This document shows, piece by piece, positions 18,753 to 27,908 of a stretch of DNA of 64,000 nt. Location of the stretch: positions 40,492 to 104,491 of the forward strand of contig JBBIUB010000002.1 in the NCBI GenBank assembly GCA_037440465.1, read 5' to 3'. This DNA is from Coprothermobacterota bacterium. GTDB lineage: Bacteria > Coprothermobacterota > HKB111. Within the stretch, counting starts at the first letter, position 1. Every line of letters begins with the position of its first letter. Both the position numbers and the translations under genes were made by a program. The notes under the pieces were generated by a model. That model searched no databases, was not told the DNA's origin, and was given only the letters and a program-made list of their open reading frames with translations.

Positions 18753-19562
18753 ATGAAATTCTATATATCTATTGATTGGGAAGGCATTTCAGGAGTTGTA
18801 TCCTGGGAACAGCAGGATGATATAAAATCCCCATCCTACTTAGAAACAAGGAAGAGGATGACCCGAGAAGCTAATGCTGTTATTGAAGGCCTTTTTGAAG
18901 GAGGAGCTTCTTATGTTTTAATAAACGATTCTCATGGCTATATGACAAATATTCTCATAGATGAATTAGATCCAAGAGCTGAGCTAATTATGGGCTCTCC
19001 AAAACCGTACTCCATGGTAGAAGGTTTGAACTCGGAATTTGATGGAGCAATCCTGTTGGGTTACCACCCGCGAGCAGGAACAGAAAAAGGTATCTTAGAC
19101 CATACTTATTCTAGTGCAAGTATATATGAACTGAGAGTCAATGGTGAACCATTTTCGGAAGGAGACTTGAATGGATGTTATGCAGGTTCTCTGGGAGTTC
19201 CCATAGTATTAGTCTCTGGCGATAGGGCTGCAGTTAATGACCTCCAAAAAAGGTTTAAAGGAGCTTTAGGAGTGATAACAAAAGTTGCTGTTAGCAGAAG
19301 TGCTGCTCGTTTAATACATCCACAAAAAGCTTATGAAGAGTTAAAGAACAAAGCCAGACAAGTAGTAAGCTTAACACCCACAATTTTACCAGTAACACCT
19401 AAACATCCAATAACCTTAGAGATAGATTTTGTTAACTCCCAAAAAGCTGAAAGTGCCACAATTCTTCCTGAATCAGAAAGAATGGGTCCAAGGACTGTTA
19501 AGATAACTGCCCCTGATATGGTAACAGCTTACCGTAGATTTCTCGTTCTCCTCAGGTTATAA
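18753..19562 (+). CDS. dppA: D-aminopeptidase, peptidase M55
   Basis: MKFYISIDWEGISG, NDSHG, GYH, LDHTYS, VSGD; GGAGG before ATG 18753. Confidence 0.9.
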   Translation: MKFYISIDWEGISGVVSWEQQDDIKSPSYLETRKRMTREANAVIEGLFEGGASYVLINDSHGYMTNILIDELDPRAELIMGSPKPYSMVEGLNSEFDGAILLGYHPRAGTEKGILDHTYSSASIYELRVNGEPFSEGDLNGCYAGSLGVPIVLVSGDRAAVNDLQKRFKGALGVITKVAVSRSAARLIHPQKAYEELKNKARQVVSLTPTILPVTPKHPITLEIDFVNSQKAESATILPESERMGPRTVKITAPDMVTAYRRFLVLLRL

Positions 19563-19588
19563 CAAGTGTAAGTTAGTGAGAGATAATT

Positions 19589-20335
19589 ATGGCTATTTTC
19601 GAATTTGACAAGGTTTTCAATCCTGAAGATTATTTTTATATCTATTCTCCAATGATCACCATTGAGAGGAGCTTGCTACAGGCTGATTTCATCATTCAAG
19701 CTCTTGAACTCGTAAAAGGAGTAAAAGTACTGGACCTTTGTTGTGGCCATGGACGTATAAGCAATCTTTTAGCTGAAAGAGGTTATGCCATTGTGGGGTT
19801 AGATGCCTCAAATAGCTTCCTCAAGATTGCCAGAGAAGAGGCTAAGAAACTCAGATTAAAGATAACTTATCTACAAGGAGATATGAGGAAAATCCCCTTC
19901 AAAGAAGAATTTGACGCAATCATAAATATCTTTACTAGCTTCGGTTATTTCTCCGATGAAGAGAACTCCAAGGTTCTAAAAGGGGTAAGCAAAGCACTGA
20001 AACCTGAAGGTAAATTTCTAATTGATGTAGTGAACAGAGATTGGGTGCTTAAAAATTTTCTACCTTACATAGCATCACCACGGGGAGAGGATTATGTGGT
20101 AGAAATAAACACTTTTGATGCCCTCACCTCCATTAATCTGACGGAAAGGATATTGTTTAAGGAAGGTAAGGTCAAAAAAACAAAATTCTTCGTCAGAATG
20201 TATACTTATACAGAATTAAAATATCTCCTGTCCCAGGTAGGCTTAAGGGTTATAGCCTCCTACGGCGGATTTAAAATGGAAGAGCCATTTTCTTTGGACT
20301 CCAGAAGGATGATATTAATCTCCCAAAAGGAGTAA
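19589..20335 (+). CDS. Class I SAM-dependent methyltransferase
   Basis: VLDLCCGHGR, GDMR, FTSFGYF. Confidence 0.9.
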   Translation: MAIFEFDKVFNPEDYFYIYSPMITIERSLLQADFIIQALELVKGVKVLDLCCGHGRISNLLAERGYAIVGLDASNSFLKIAREEAKKLRLKITYLQGDMRKIPFKEEFDAIINIFTSFGYFSDEENSKVLKGVSKALKPEGKFLIDVVNRDWVLKNFLPYIASPRGEDYVVEINTFDALTSINLTERILFKEGKVKKTKFFVRMYTYTELKYLLSQVGLRVIASYGGFKMEEPFSLDSRRMILISQKE

Positions 20336-20364
20336 AAAATCCTAAGAATTAAAACTGAGGAAGT

Positions 20365-21171
20365 TTAATTTAATACTGAACCAACAAGTTCCTTAAGCTT
20401 ATGAATACTATCCTTAAGTTCTTTTAATGGATCTTTAAAAGAAAAAATCTCTAATATAGCAGTGCCTTTAAACCCTTTAAGGAAATCTCTGTATTCTTCA
20501 TAAGGGATAGAACCCTGCCCTACTGGTAGATGTTCATCAGCAAAACCATGGTTATCATGAAGATGGAGGTGAACTATGTCATCTTTTAAAATATCAAGAC
20601 TTTCCTTAATATCTTTTGCTATATATCCATGTCCAAAATCAAAGGTAACTTTTAAATTAGAATCATAAGTAGAAAGTAGTTTTTTCATCTTATCGGGTTT
20701 GTTCACCACCCAGGTATTCTCTACACCCAGATTCTCCACAGCCAGAATAATCCTATATTTTGAGCTAACTTCATTAAGTTCCGAAAGTAACTTTTCCATT
20801 CTTTCTCGTGCAGCATTTAATATTGGCCCATAAGAAATGGGTGCAGAGGCGGGGTGAAATACAGCTACTTTTGCGCCTACCTCTGAAGCAAATTCGAGGG
20901 CTATTAAATTTTCTTCCCGTGTTAACTTATAAATTCCATCATTTAAACTTCCGGTGTTGAGGTCTAATGCTGGAAGATGAATAGATAAATCCACTCCTTC
21001 TTGATCTTTAACTATACGAATATCTCTGGCTTTTTCTTTGAAGGGAGTATCTCCAAAAAAGAGAAAATCACCAAAAATCTCCACTAATCCAACGCCCAGT
21101 TTCCTGGCTTCTCGGATAGCTTCTGTAACCTTAAGATGTCCTGTAGCAAGTGCAGAAACTCCTAACTTCAT
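20365..21171 (-). CDS. Sugar phosphate isomerase/epimerase (AP endonuclease 2 TIM barrel)
   Basis: VFHP, AVEN, FDFGH, HLHDN, HLPVGQG, ILE metal-ligand pattern. Confidence 0.85.
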   Translation of the reverse strand: MKLGVSALATGHLKVTEAIREARKLGVGLVEIFGDFLFFGDTPFKEKARDIRIVKDQEGVDLSIHLPALDLNTGSLNDGIYKLTREENLIALEFASEVGAKVAVFHPASAPISYGPILNAARERMEKLLSELNEVSSKYRIILAVENLGVENTWVVNKPDKMKKLLSTYDSNLKVTFDFGHGYIAKDIKESLDILKDDIVHLHLHDNHGFADEHLPVGQGSIPYEEYRDFLKGFKGTAILEIFSFKDPLKELKDSIHKLKELVGSVLN

Positions 21172-21211
21172 TGAAATATCCTCCTTTTTAGTGTGGGTTT
21201 TATCCTGAATC

Positions 21212-21300
21212 TGGTGCCGGGGGTGGGAATCGAACCCACACGAGGTTTACCCTCAGCGGATTTTAAGTCCGCTGCGTCTGCCTAATTCCGCCACCCCGGC
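21212..21300 (-). tRNA. tRNA-Leu(TAA)
   Basis: GCCGGGGTGGCGGAATTAGGCAGACGCAGCGGAC-TTAAAA-TCCGC, long variable arm, GGTTCGATTCC, ends CACCA. Confidence 0.95.
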
Positions 21301-21306
21301 TATTGG

Positions 21307-21382
21307 TGGAGGCGAGGGCCGGATTTGAACCGGCGAATAGCGATTTTGCAGACCGCCGCCTTAGCCACTTGGCTACCTCGCC
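21307..21382 (-). tRNA. tRNA-Cys(GCA)
   Basis: GGCGAGGTAGCCAAGTGGCTAAGGCGGCGGTCTGCAAAATCGC...GGTTCAAATCC...TCCA. Confidence 0.95.
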
Positions 21383-21435
21383 TTCTTCCTTATAATTATA
21401 TACTAAAACTCCAAAATCACTGACAATTTTTCAGG

Positions 21436-21710
21436 TGTAAGCGTCCATAACCTAATGGACTTTTGAGCATCTTGAATAAAGGTATCTATATAATACCTTA
21501 AGGGAGATAAACCAGCAAGGGATTTATGGGGCTTTTTGGTGTTGTACCAGATAAGATACTCCAGCAAGCCTTTGTTGAATTCTTCGGTATCATAGAGCTC
21601 ATTTAAGTGTTAGTTAACCTACTGTTCCTGTAAGGTTCTGTGGAATCTTTTAATATGAGCGTTACTCTGGGGATGTCTGGGGTAATTATGGAAGTGTAGG
21701 AACTCCATGA
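21436..21710 (-). pseudogene. Degraded IS transposase C-terminal remnant (rve integrase core, IS481-like)
   Basis: HFHNYPRHPQSNAHIKRFHRTLQEQ*VN*HL...WYNTKKPHKSLAGLSPLRYY...LWTLT with stops at 21619-21621 and 21610-21612; TGT-starting end at 21436. Confidence 0.75.
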
Positions 21711-21892
21711 TACAGAGTCTCTCCAATACAACCTGTCTTTGAGGATTCTCTTCATTGTTCAGGAGCTTCTTGAGCTTCCTTAAGTTACTGTATAAAAGGA
21801 GAGACGAGAGATTGGTATTCCAATATGTTTCAAAACTTCTGCAGGAAGTGGGTCATTTCAGCATTATGGTTGGTTCAAGGTCTAAAAAGAAT

Positions 21893-21918
21893 AGATCCTG
21901 AAATAAATTCAGGATGAC
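21893..21918. repeat. REP-like palindrome GTCATCCTGAATTTATTTCAGGATCT (minus-strand reading)
   Basis: Perfect 8-bp inverted repeat ATCCTGAA/TTCAGGAT with 5-nt loop; related copy at 63212-63249. Confidence 0.65.
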
Positions 21919-22074
21919 AACAATAAAATATATTCCGCTTATCATCATTTCTTAAAAGGCAGAGAAAGTGTGGGAGTGTAATTATGTGTATTATTAAATA
22001 GTTGAGGTTAGCCCGTAGGTTGATAATTAAATTACCTTAAACTTCAGAAAAATGGTAAAAAAGGGAGGAAAAGG

Positions 22075-22476
22075 ATGGTTGCGTTAGAAATTTTTTTAAA
22101 TACCACCACCCGTACCGAGGCAGTGGACATAACCCCCAGAATAGAGGCGATACTGGAGCGTGAAATGGTAAAGGAGGGTCTATGTTTCATATATGTCCCC
22201 CACACTACTGCTGCAATCACTATAAACGAAAATGCTGATCCCTCGGTGATGAAAGACTTCATGCAGAAAATGGAAGAGTTGGTACCATGGACAGCTAAAT
22301 ATTCACATACTGAAAGTAACTCTGCGGCTCATATCAAAGCCATTCTTTGTGGTAGTAGTGTTACGGTGGTAATAAAGGGTGGAGAGCTCTTGTTGGGTCG
22401 GTGGCAGGGTGTATTCTTTATGGAATTTGATGGACCAAGAAAACGAAAAGTATATATAAAAATAATAAAGGGATAA
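22075..22476 (+). CDS. yjbQ: YjbQ/UPF0047 family protein
   Basis: PHTTAAITINENADP, NSAAHIK, LGRWQGVFFMEFDGPR. Confidence 0.92.
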   Translation: MVALEIFLNTTTRTEAVDITPRIEAILEREMVKEGLCFIYVPHTTAAITINENADPSVMKDFMQKMEELVPWTAKYSHTESNSAAHIKAILCGSSVTVVIKGGELLLGRWQGVFFMEFDGPRKRKVYIKIIKG

Positions 22477-22505
22477 CCCTTTAATTTTTATTAGGGGTTT
22501 AAAAT

Positions 22506-22580
22506 TGGAGCGGGAAACGGGATTCGAACCCGCGACCCTCAGCTTGGGAAGCTGATGCTCTACCGCTAAGCTACTCCCGC
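22506..22580 (-). tRNA. tRNA-Gly(CCC)
   Basis: GCGGGAGTAGCTTAGCGGTAGAGCATCAGCTTCCCAAGCTGAGGGTCGCGGGTTCGAATCCCGTTTCCCGCTCCA. Confidence 0.96.
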
Positions 22581-22588
22581 ACAATAGA

Positions 22589-22664
22589 TGGTGCCGAGGG
22601 ACGGAATTGAACCGCCGACGCAGGGATTTTCAGTCCCTCGCTCTACCGACTGAGCTACCTCGGC
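22589..22664 (-). tRNA. tRNA-Phe(GAA)
   Basis: GCCGAGGTAGCTCAGTCGGTAGAGCGAGGGACTGAAAATCCCT...GGTTCAATTCC...CACCA. Confidence 0.96.
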
Positions 22665-22744
22665 AACATTAGTTATTATAACATCTCATAACAATATTTC
22701 AAGCACGATGTTAAATTATAAAAATTGATGGATAATTGATGCTA

Positions 22745-23002
22745 CTATTTATCTATAATTTTATAAACTATATCCTCCTCCATCACTCTTTCTTCCACTT
22801 TAAGACCAAAAGAATCACCAACTTTAACTTCATCAATGTTTTTATGCTCTATTTGCATAGAAGTAATAACCTGAGTAAGATCTGTTCTTCTGCCTTCTAT
22901 CCGAATAGTATCACCTAACTTTAATGGAACATACAATACATCTACTACAGCTACCCCAATCCGGTTGAAATAATGTTTAACCTTGCCAGCTTTTACCTCC
23001 AT
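22745..23002 (-). CDS. Small beta-barrel protein (translation elongation factor-like / U32 C-terminal-like)
   Basis: GKVKHYFNRIGVAV...LKLGDTIRIEG...SMQIEH...GDSFGLKV; GGAGG SD. Confidence 0.75.
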   Translation of the reverse strand: MEVKAGKVKHYFNRIGVAVVDVLYVPLKLGDTIRIEGRRTDLTQVITSMQIEHKNIDEVKVGDSFGLKVEERVMEEDIVYKIIDK

Positions 23003-23037
23003 AATATTACCTCCCTCTACGCTCTTCTAAAAAAGAG

Positions 23038-23487
23038 TTAAAATAGCTTTCTTACCATCATGCAGATAGCAGGATGGTATGTTTGAAGAATTTCTCCGCC
23101 CTTCCCATTAACTTTCTCGCATTTTTTTAGACTTGACTCCCAGGTTTTTAATAACTCTTTTACCTCTAAACCTTTTTCTGCCACTTCCCTCATACCTGAG
23201 CTCCATTGCAACTCATAAGGAAGCTCAATGACTAACCTTAAATCACCATGACCTGTTATCTCTATATCTATTAAATTATCAAACTCCTTCCTAAGAGCTT
23301 CTGTTAGTATAACTGCAAGGTTTTTTGGTATTTGCTGATATAATTTATCTTGATACATACCAGCTCTATTCTCTCTTTTAGACCGCTTCAGGAGCGTAAC
23401 TCTATCTATAATTCCTTCTTCAATTGTAGGGTCATAACCATTTTCTTCTATCTCGTAAGAAATTCCCAGGATATCAACAGTTTTCAT
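23038..23487 (-). CDS. Hypothetical protein
   Basis: 149-aa ORF with strong AAGGAGG SD; no recognised motif. Confidence 0.6.
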   Translation of the reverse strand: MKTVDILGISYEIEENGYDPTIEEGIIDRVTLLKRSKRENRAGMYQDKLYQQIPKNLAVILTEALRKEFDNLIDIEITGHGDLRLVIELPYELQWSSGMREVAEKGLEVKELLKTWESSLKKCEKVNGKGGEILQTYHPAICMMVRKLF

Positions 23488-23499
23488 AAACCCTCCTTA

Positions 23500-24019
23500 T
23501 TTTATTATATATTCCAACTAGGTCATCCCTCGTTGGTTTCATTGGAGCTTACCTCATAAATCTTTCATTATTAACAACTTCTTCTACAAATTCCCCACTT
23601 GTCACTACTAAGGTTGCTTTCGACTTCTCTTAAATCGAAGGAAACACCGAAAGTTTCATTTAACACCAGAAGCCCAGTAGCAAGATCCTTAAACCCTAAT
23701 AATTTCTGGGCTTTAAGTTATTTATCTTTAATAAAGTTACCTTTATTAACTGCAACTTCAAAATTATTTTTTAAAATACCTGAGTCCTTCAAGTGCATCT
23801 ATATCACTTATGGGAGTAACATCGTTAGAAAAATAGCCTTCAAGTAGGTGTGATAGTGTATCTATTCCCGTGTTAATTATAATATTATCAGGAAGATTCA
23901 TTGAAAGCTCAGGGTCAATAAGAGAGACTACTGGTAATATTTTTGCAGATACTTTGGATACCTTTTTTATTTTCTACACCTTCTTTGATGTTCTTCAGGC
24001 TGGGGTTAGGTTCAGCCAT
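23500..24019 (-). pseudogene. Iron-containing alcohol dehydrogenase pseudogene
   Basis: Fragments in different frames: MAEPNPS; PVVSLIDPELSMNLPDNIIINTGIDTLSHLLEGYFSNDVTPISDIDALEG; APMKPTRDDLVGIY; multiple stops and deletions. Confidence 0.7.
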
Positions 24020-24087
24020 CTTCTTCCTCCTAATAGATTAATCTTTTATTAAATTATATAACATTATGCCTATGATATAATTTCCCC

Positions 24088-25182
24088 ATGATTGAAATAT
24101 TTAATCTAAAAAATACTTCGTTAGATAATGCTATTGATTCTATCCTAAGCCCTATATATTCGAAAGTAAGAGGAGTAGAGGTTCTTTTAAAACCAAATAT
24201 ATTGGGTGCTTATCCGCCAGAAAAGGCTGTAACAACTCATCCCGACCTTATAAGAACTTTATATAGAAAGCTTAAAGATATGGGTGCTAAACCAATTGTA
24301 GGAGATTCTCCAGGGGGAACAGTAACTGACCCCAACATGGCAGCAAAGATATCAGGAATATATGATGCATGTGAAGGCAATTTCATTAATCTAACTGGTG
24401 ATATTGTTGAAATAAACCTTCCAAAAAACCCGAAAATTCCTAAAATATGGGTTTCAAGAAAGTACTTAGAATCACCATTCGTAATTAATATTCCTAAGAT
24501 GAAAACCCATAGCTTAACTATAATAACTGGAGCAATAAAAAACCTTTACGGTATTATTCCAGGTAATTTCAAACTACGCCTTCATTCAGAAGCACCAACA
24601 CTTGAAGAATTCTCAAGGTTGCTTGCAGACATCTATGAAATAAGACCACCAGATTTAAATATTATGGAAGCCATTCTTGCTATGGAGGGTGAGGGACCAG
24701 CTCACGGGCAACCAAAAGAAGTTGGTTTAATTATAAGTTCAGAAAATGCTGTAGAACTTGATGCTATCACTTCACAAATAATGGGAATACCTCCGATTAG
24801 AGTTGCCCATCTTAGAATTGCCCATCAAAGAGGATTAGGTGATATTGAACCAGCAAAAATAACTATTTCAGGGACAATATTAAAAATTCCTTCGTTTAAA
24901 CCCCCATCAGCTCTCAAAAGTTTTTTAGAAAAAACCTTGAATCGTTATGCTCGTATTTTGACTTTAACACCCGAATTAAACTTTGAAAAATGTTCAAAGT
25001 GTGGAGATTGTACCCAGAATTGTCCCCGAAACGCGATTGAACTATTGCCTTATCCCAAGATAAATAGTAAGCTTTGTATATCCTGTTTTGTTTGTGCTGA
25101 AACCTGTCCTAAGGGTGCTCTAATTATTCCTACAGTAAAGAAAGAAATGTTAAATCGTATAAGAAGGAGGATTTTGAAATAA
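24088..25182 (+). CDS. DUF362 domain protein with C-terminal 2x[4Fe-4S]
   Basis: LLKPNIL, TTHP, GDSPG, PKMKTH, GAIKNLYG, MEGEGP; CxxCxxCxxxCP twice. Confidence 0.88.
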   Translation: MIEIFNLKNTSLDNAIDSILSPIYSKVRGVEVLLKPNILGAYPPEKAVTTHPDLIRTLYRKLKDMGAKPIVGDSPGGTVTDPNMAAKISGIYDACEGNFINLTGDIVEINLPKNPKIPKIWVSRKYLESPFVINIPKMKTHSLTIITGAIKNLYGIIPGNFKLRLHSEAPTLEEFSRLLADIYEIRPPDLNIMEAILAMEGEGPAHGQPKEVGLIISSENAVELDAITSQIMGIPPIRVAHLRIAHQRGLGDIEPAKITISGTILKIPSFKPPSALKSFLEKTLNRYARILTLTPELNFEKCSKCGDCTQNCPRNAIELLPYPKINSKLCISCFVCAETCPKGALIIPTVKKEMLNRIRRRILK

Positions 25183-26057
25183 TGAATATATCTCTAATCG
25201 TAAATCCAGTGGCTGCAGCTGGAAAAGCTAAGAAAATGGGAAGTCCAGCAGCAAAAATGTTAGAAGAAAAAGGTTGTAATATAGAATATTTAGTAAGCCA
25301 ATACCCTGGTCACCCAATGAAACTATCTTATGAAGCATTAAACAAAGGAGCTGATATCATTGTTGCTGCTGGAGGGGATGGAACTGTATCAGAAGTTGCA
25401 AATTCTCTTGTGGGAACCAAAACTCCTTTAGGAATCCTTCCTTTTGGCAGGGGAAACGATATATCAATGAGCTTAGACATTCCATCTGATCTTGATAAAG
25501 CTGTAGATATTATTTTATCAAGAAAAATAAGAACCATAGATGTAGGTAAGGTTAAAGACAGGTACTTCCTGGGGATAGGAGGTGCGGGTTTTGATGGTGA
25601 GGTAGTTAATCTGGCTAATCGATATCGTTCGCTTCTCCCCTCGCCTTTCCTGGCTTATATAGTAGGTATGGTAGTAGAGCTTATTATGTTCACTCCCAGA
25701 GTTATTACAGTCGATATTGATGGTGACAGGCATGATTTCAAGGCATATATGGTTATGGTTGGAAATGGTCCCCAGTATGGTGGAGGAATGATAGCTTTAC
25801 CAGGTGCTTCTTTGGTTGATGGAGAACTTGATATATGTATAATAAAAGATATAACAAAATTAGATTTCTTAAAGACCTTCCCCAAGGTATTTAAAGGTAA
25901 CCATATCTATCACCCAGGGGTTGCTATTTTAAAAGGAAAAAAGATAACCCTTTCCTCTGAATCACAATTATTTACTCATGCAGATGGAGAAATCCTGGGT
26001 CATCTTCCATCTACTTTTGAAGTATTACCAGCTAAACTTAATGTAGTTTCACCTTGA
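25182..26057 (+). CDS. Diacylglycerol kinase family lipid kinase (YegS/BmrU-like)
   Basis: NPVA, AGGDGT, PFGRGND, GFDG, YGGG, DGE. Confidence 0.9.
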   Translation: MNISLIVNPVAAAGKAKKMGSPAAKMLEEKGCNIEYLVSQYPGHPMKLSYEALNKGADIIVAAGGDGTVSEVANSLVGTKTPLGILPFGRGNDISMSLDIPSDLDKAVDIILSRKIRTIDVGKVKDRYFLGIGGAGFDGEVVNLANRYRSLLPSPFLAYIVGMVVELIMFTPRVITVDIDGDRHDFKAYMVMVGNGPQYGGGMIALPGASLVDGELDICIIKDITKLDFLKTFPKVFKGNHIYHPGVAILKGKKITLSSESQLFTHADGEILGHLPSTFEVLPAKLNVVSP

Positions 26058-26059
26058 AT

Positions 26060-27580
26060 TTATAAAGATATACCAGGTTCTTTATAAACTACTTTTCCCC
26101 TGGTTATTGTCATTAATGGATTTAAATGAAGTATATCTTTCTGGGGTATCTTAAAGGGGTCTTCTTCTAAAATCACTAAATCACCAGCTTTGCCTAATTC
26201 AAGTGTACCCCCTTTTCTCTCTGAACCAACAGCATACCAACCATTAATAGTAAATATTTTTAATGCTTCTTTAAGTGTGATTCTTTCTTCTTCGTTTGGG
26301 TGATTGATGGCTGAAAAAATACCCAGGAAGGGGTCTATGGGGGTGACAAAGGAGTCTGAGCCACCTGCTACCGTTAATCCTTTATCTAAGATTCTTCTAA
26401 AAGGATTTGTCAGTTTGTGCCTTTCTCCTAACCTTTTCTGATACATTTTGCCTTCTCCACCCCATAAATATTCAAAAGTAGGTTGCATGCTTAAGGTAAC
26501 GCCAAGCTTTGCTGCAAGATTAATATGTTCTTCTGTAGGAAGTTCAAAATGCTCAATTCTATGCCTTAAATGGTGATAAGGAAATTTCTTATAAGCTAAA
26601 GAGTAGGCTTTAAGCGCCTCGTCAATAGCATGATCACCAATTGCATGTAATGCCATCTGAAGATTCATGCTATGAGCTTCTACAACAAAACCCTGTAATC
26701 TTTTTGGATCAAAATACAACACTCCTCTACTATCGGAATCTGAATATGGTTCTTTCAATGCAGCAGTATGAGAACTAAAAGAACCATCTACAAGTAAACA
26801 TCCTCCTATCCTCCGTAATCCCAGTTCAACTACATGTCTGATATTAGTTGTCTGATAATAGAGAGTAGTTCTTATAGGGAGGTTCTTCTGGATTTTTAAA
26901 AAAGCATCTATACTAGCTGGAGGTGAAGTAAAACCCCCCTCTAATGCATGCACAAAAGTAACGCCTTTTTTTAATATGCTTTTGGAAAATTCTTTCAATA
27001 GTACTGAAATCTCATTAACAGAATACTCATTATAAAACTTTGAAATTGCCTGGCTGTATTCTTCTCTCATCAATAGGTTGGAATTTGTATGAGAAGTATC
27101 TTTACCTATAGTTTTAAGACCTTTAGAGTTTGTAATTGCTGAGTGTCCGTCCCGCCTCGTTATTAAGACAGGTTTCATTGGCGAAGCTTCGTCTATTTCC
27201 TCTAAAGTTGGCAATACTTCTCCAAAGCGGGAAGGGTCCATGCCCCATCCAAGAACGACTTTACAATTGCTATCTTTTGCTGTTTCTCTTACCTTTATAA
27301 GAATTTCTTGGGGGGAATTAGCAGATAAAAGGCTAATCTCCTGACTTTTGAGGGCACTCATTACAAGATGAACATGAGAATCAACAAACCCAGGAAAAAC
27401 TACTTTACCCTTTATGTCGATAAAATCCCCGCCCTCTCCAACCAGCTTTGCTGATAGAGAATCTCCTAAAAAAACAATAGTTCCCTTCTCTATTACAATA
27501 GCTTGAACCGGCTCATGAGAGCTAATAGGGTATATTACTCCGTTTAATAAAGTAAGCTTTTGCTTATTGTTAAAGCTCAC
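26060..27580 (-). CDS. Amidohydrolase_3 (YtcJ-like) protein
   Basis: PGFVDSHVH, DGHSA, HAIGD, RHRIEH, GSDS. Confidence 0.9.
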   Translation of the reverse strand: MSFNNKQKLTLLNGVIYPISSHEPVQAIVIEKGTIVFLGDSLSAKLVGEGGDFIDIKGKVVFPGFVDSHVHLVMSALKSQEISLLSANSPQEILIKVRETAKDSNCKVVLGWGMDPSRFGEVLPTLEEIDEASPMKPVLITRRDGHSAITNSKGLKTIGKDTSHTNSNLLMREEYSQAISKFYNEYSVNEISVLLKEFSKSILKKGVTFVHALEGGFTSPPASIDAFLKIQKNLPIRTTLYYQTTNIRHVVELGLRRIGGCLLVDGSFSSHTAALKEPYSDSDSRGVLYFDPKRLQGFVVEAHSMNLQMALHAIGDHAIDEALKAYSLAYKKFPYHHLRHRIEHFELPTEEHINLAAKLGVTLSMQPTFEYLWGGEGKMYQKRLGERHKLTNPFRRILDKGLTVAGGSDSFVTPIDPFLGIFSAINHPNEEERITLKEALKIFTINGWYAVGSERKGGTLELGKAGDLVILEEDPFKIPQKDILHLNPLMTITRGKVVYKEPGISL

Positions 27581-27590
27581 TTATGTTTAC

Positions 27591-27752
27591 TTACCTTTTC
27601 CTTTTCTCTTTCCTTCTCTTGAGGACAGATGGGGGATCAAAATATTCGTGCTTCTTTATATCTTTAAAAATCCCTTCCTTTTCACACTGTTTTCTGAACC
27701 TTTTAACCAGGTTATCTACACTTTCATTATCTTTTTTAACAACTTCCGGCAT
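27591..27752 (-). CDS. rpsU: 30S ribosomal protein S21 (53 aa, not in ORF track)
   Basis: MPEVVKKDNESVDNLVKRFRKQCEKEGIFKDIKKHEYFDPPSVLKRRKEKRKR; GGGAGG SD. Confidence 0.93.
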   Translation of the reverse strand: MPEVVKKDNESVDNLVKRFRKQCEKEGIFKDIKKHEYFDPPSVLKRRKEKRKR

Positions 27753-27908
27753 TCACCCTGACCTCCCTTCTTTTTGGAGTCTATTTCATTATTTAAAATA
27801 TTATTTTTTTAAGAAATAAAAAGGGTTGATTAACAGATAGCTCAACAACTTCTGTAGCAACCATTTTTTGCCTTTAAAATATACCATAAAAAAACGGAAA
27901 ATACAAGT

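Noticed and set aside
21304..21309. tRNA-Cys gene followed by a second CCA (CCACCA)
   Set aside because: The CCACCA decay tag is added post-transcriptionally; a single genomic instance in a short spacer is plausibly chance and removed by processing
22303..22584. 93-aa minus-strand ORF
   Set aside because: Translates through tRNA-Gly and antisense yjbQ; spurious
21212..22664. Prophage or integrative element at the tRNAs
   Set aside because: No integrase, phage genes or duplicated tRNA 3' end seen
23599..24052. Plus-strand ORFs 23599-23847 and 23870-24052
   Set aside because: Antisense to the Fe-ADH pseudogene
27567..27819. Plus-strand hydrophobic ORFs
   Set aside because: Antisense shadows of rpsU
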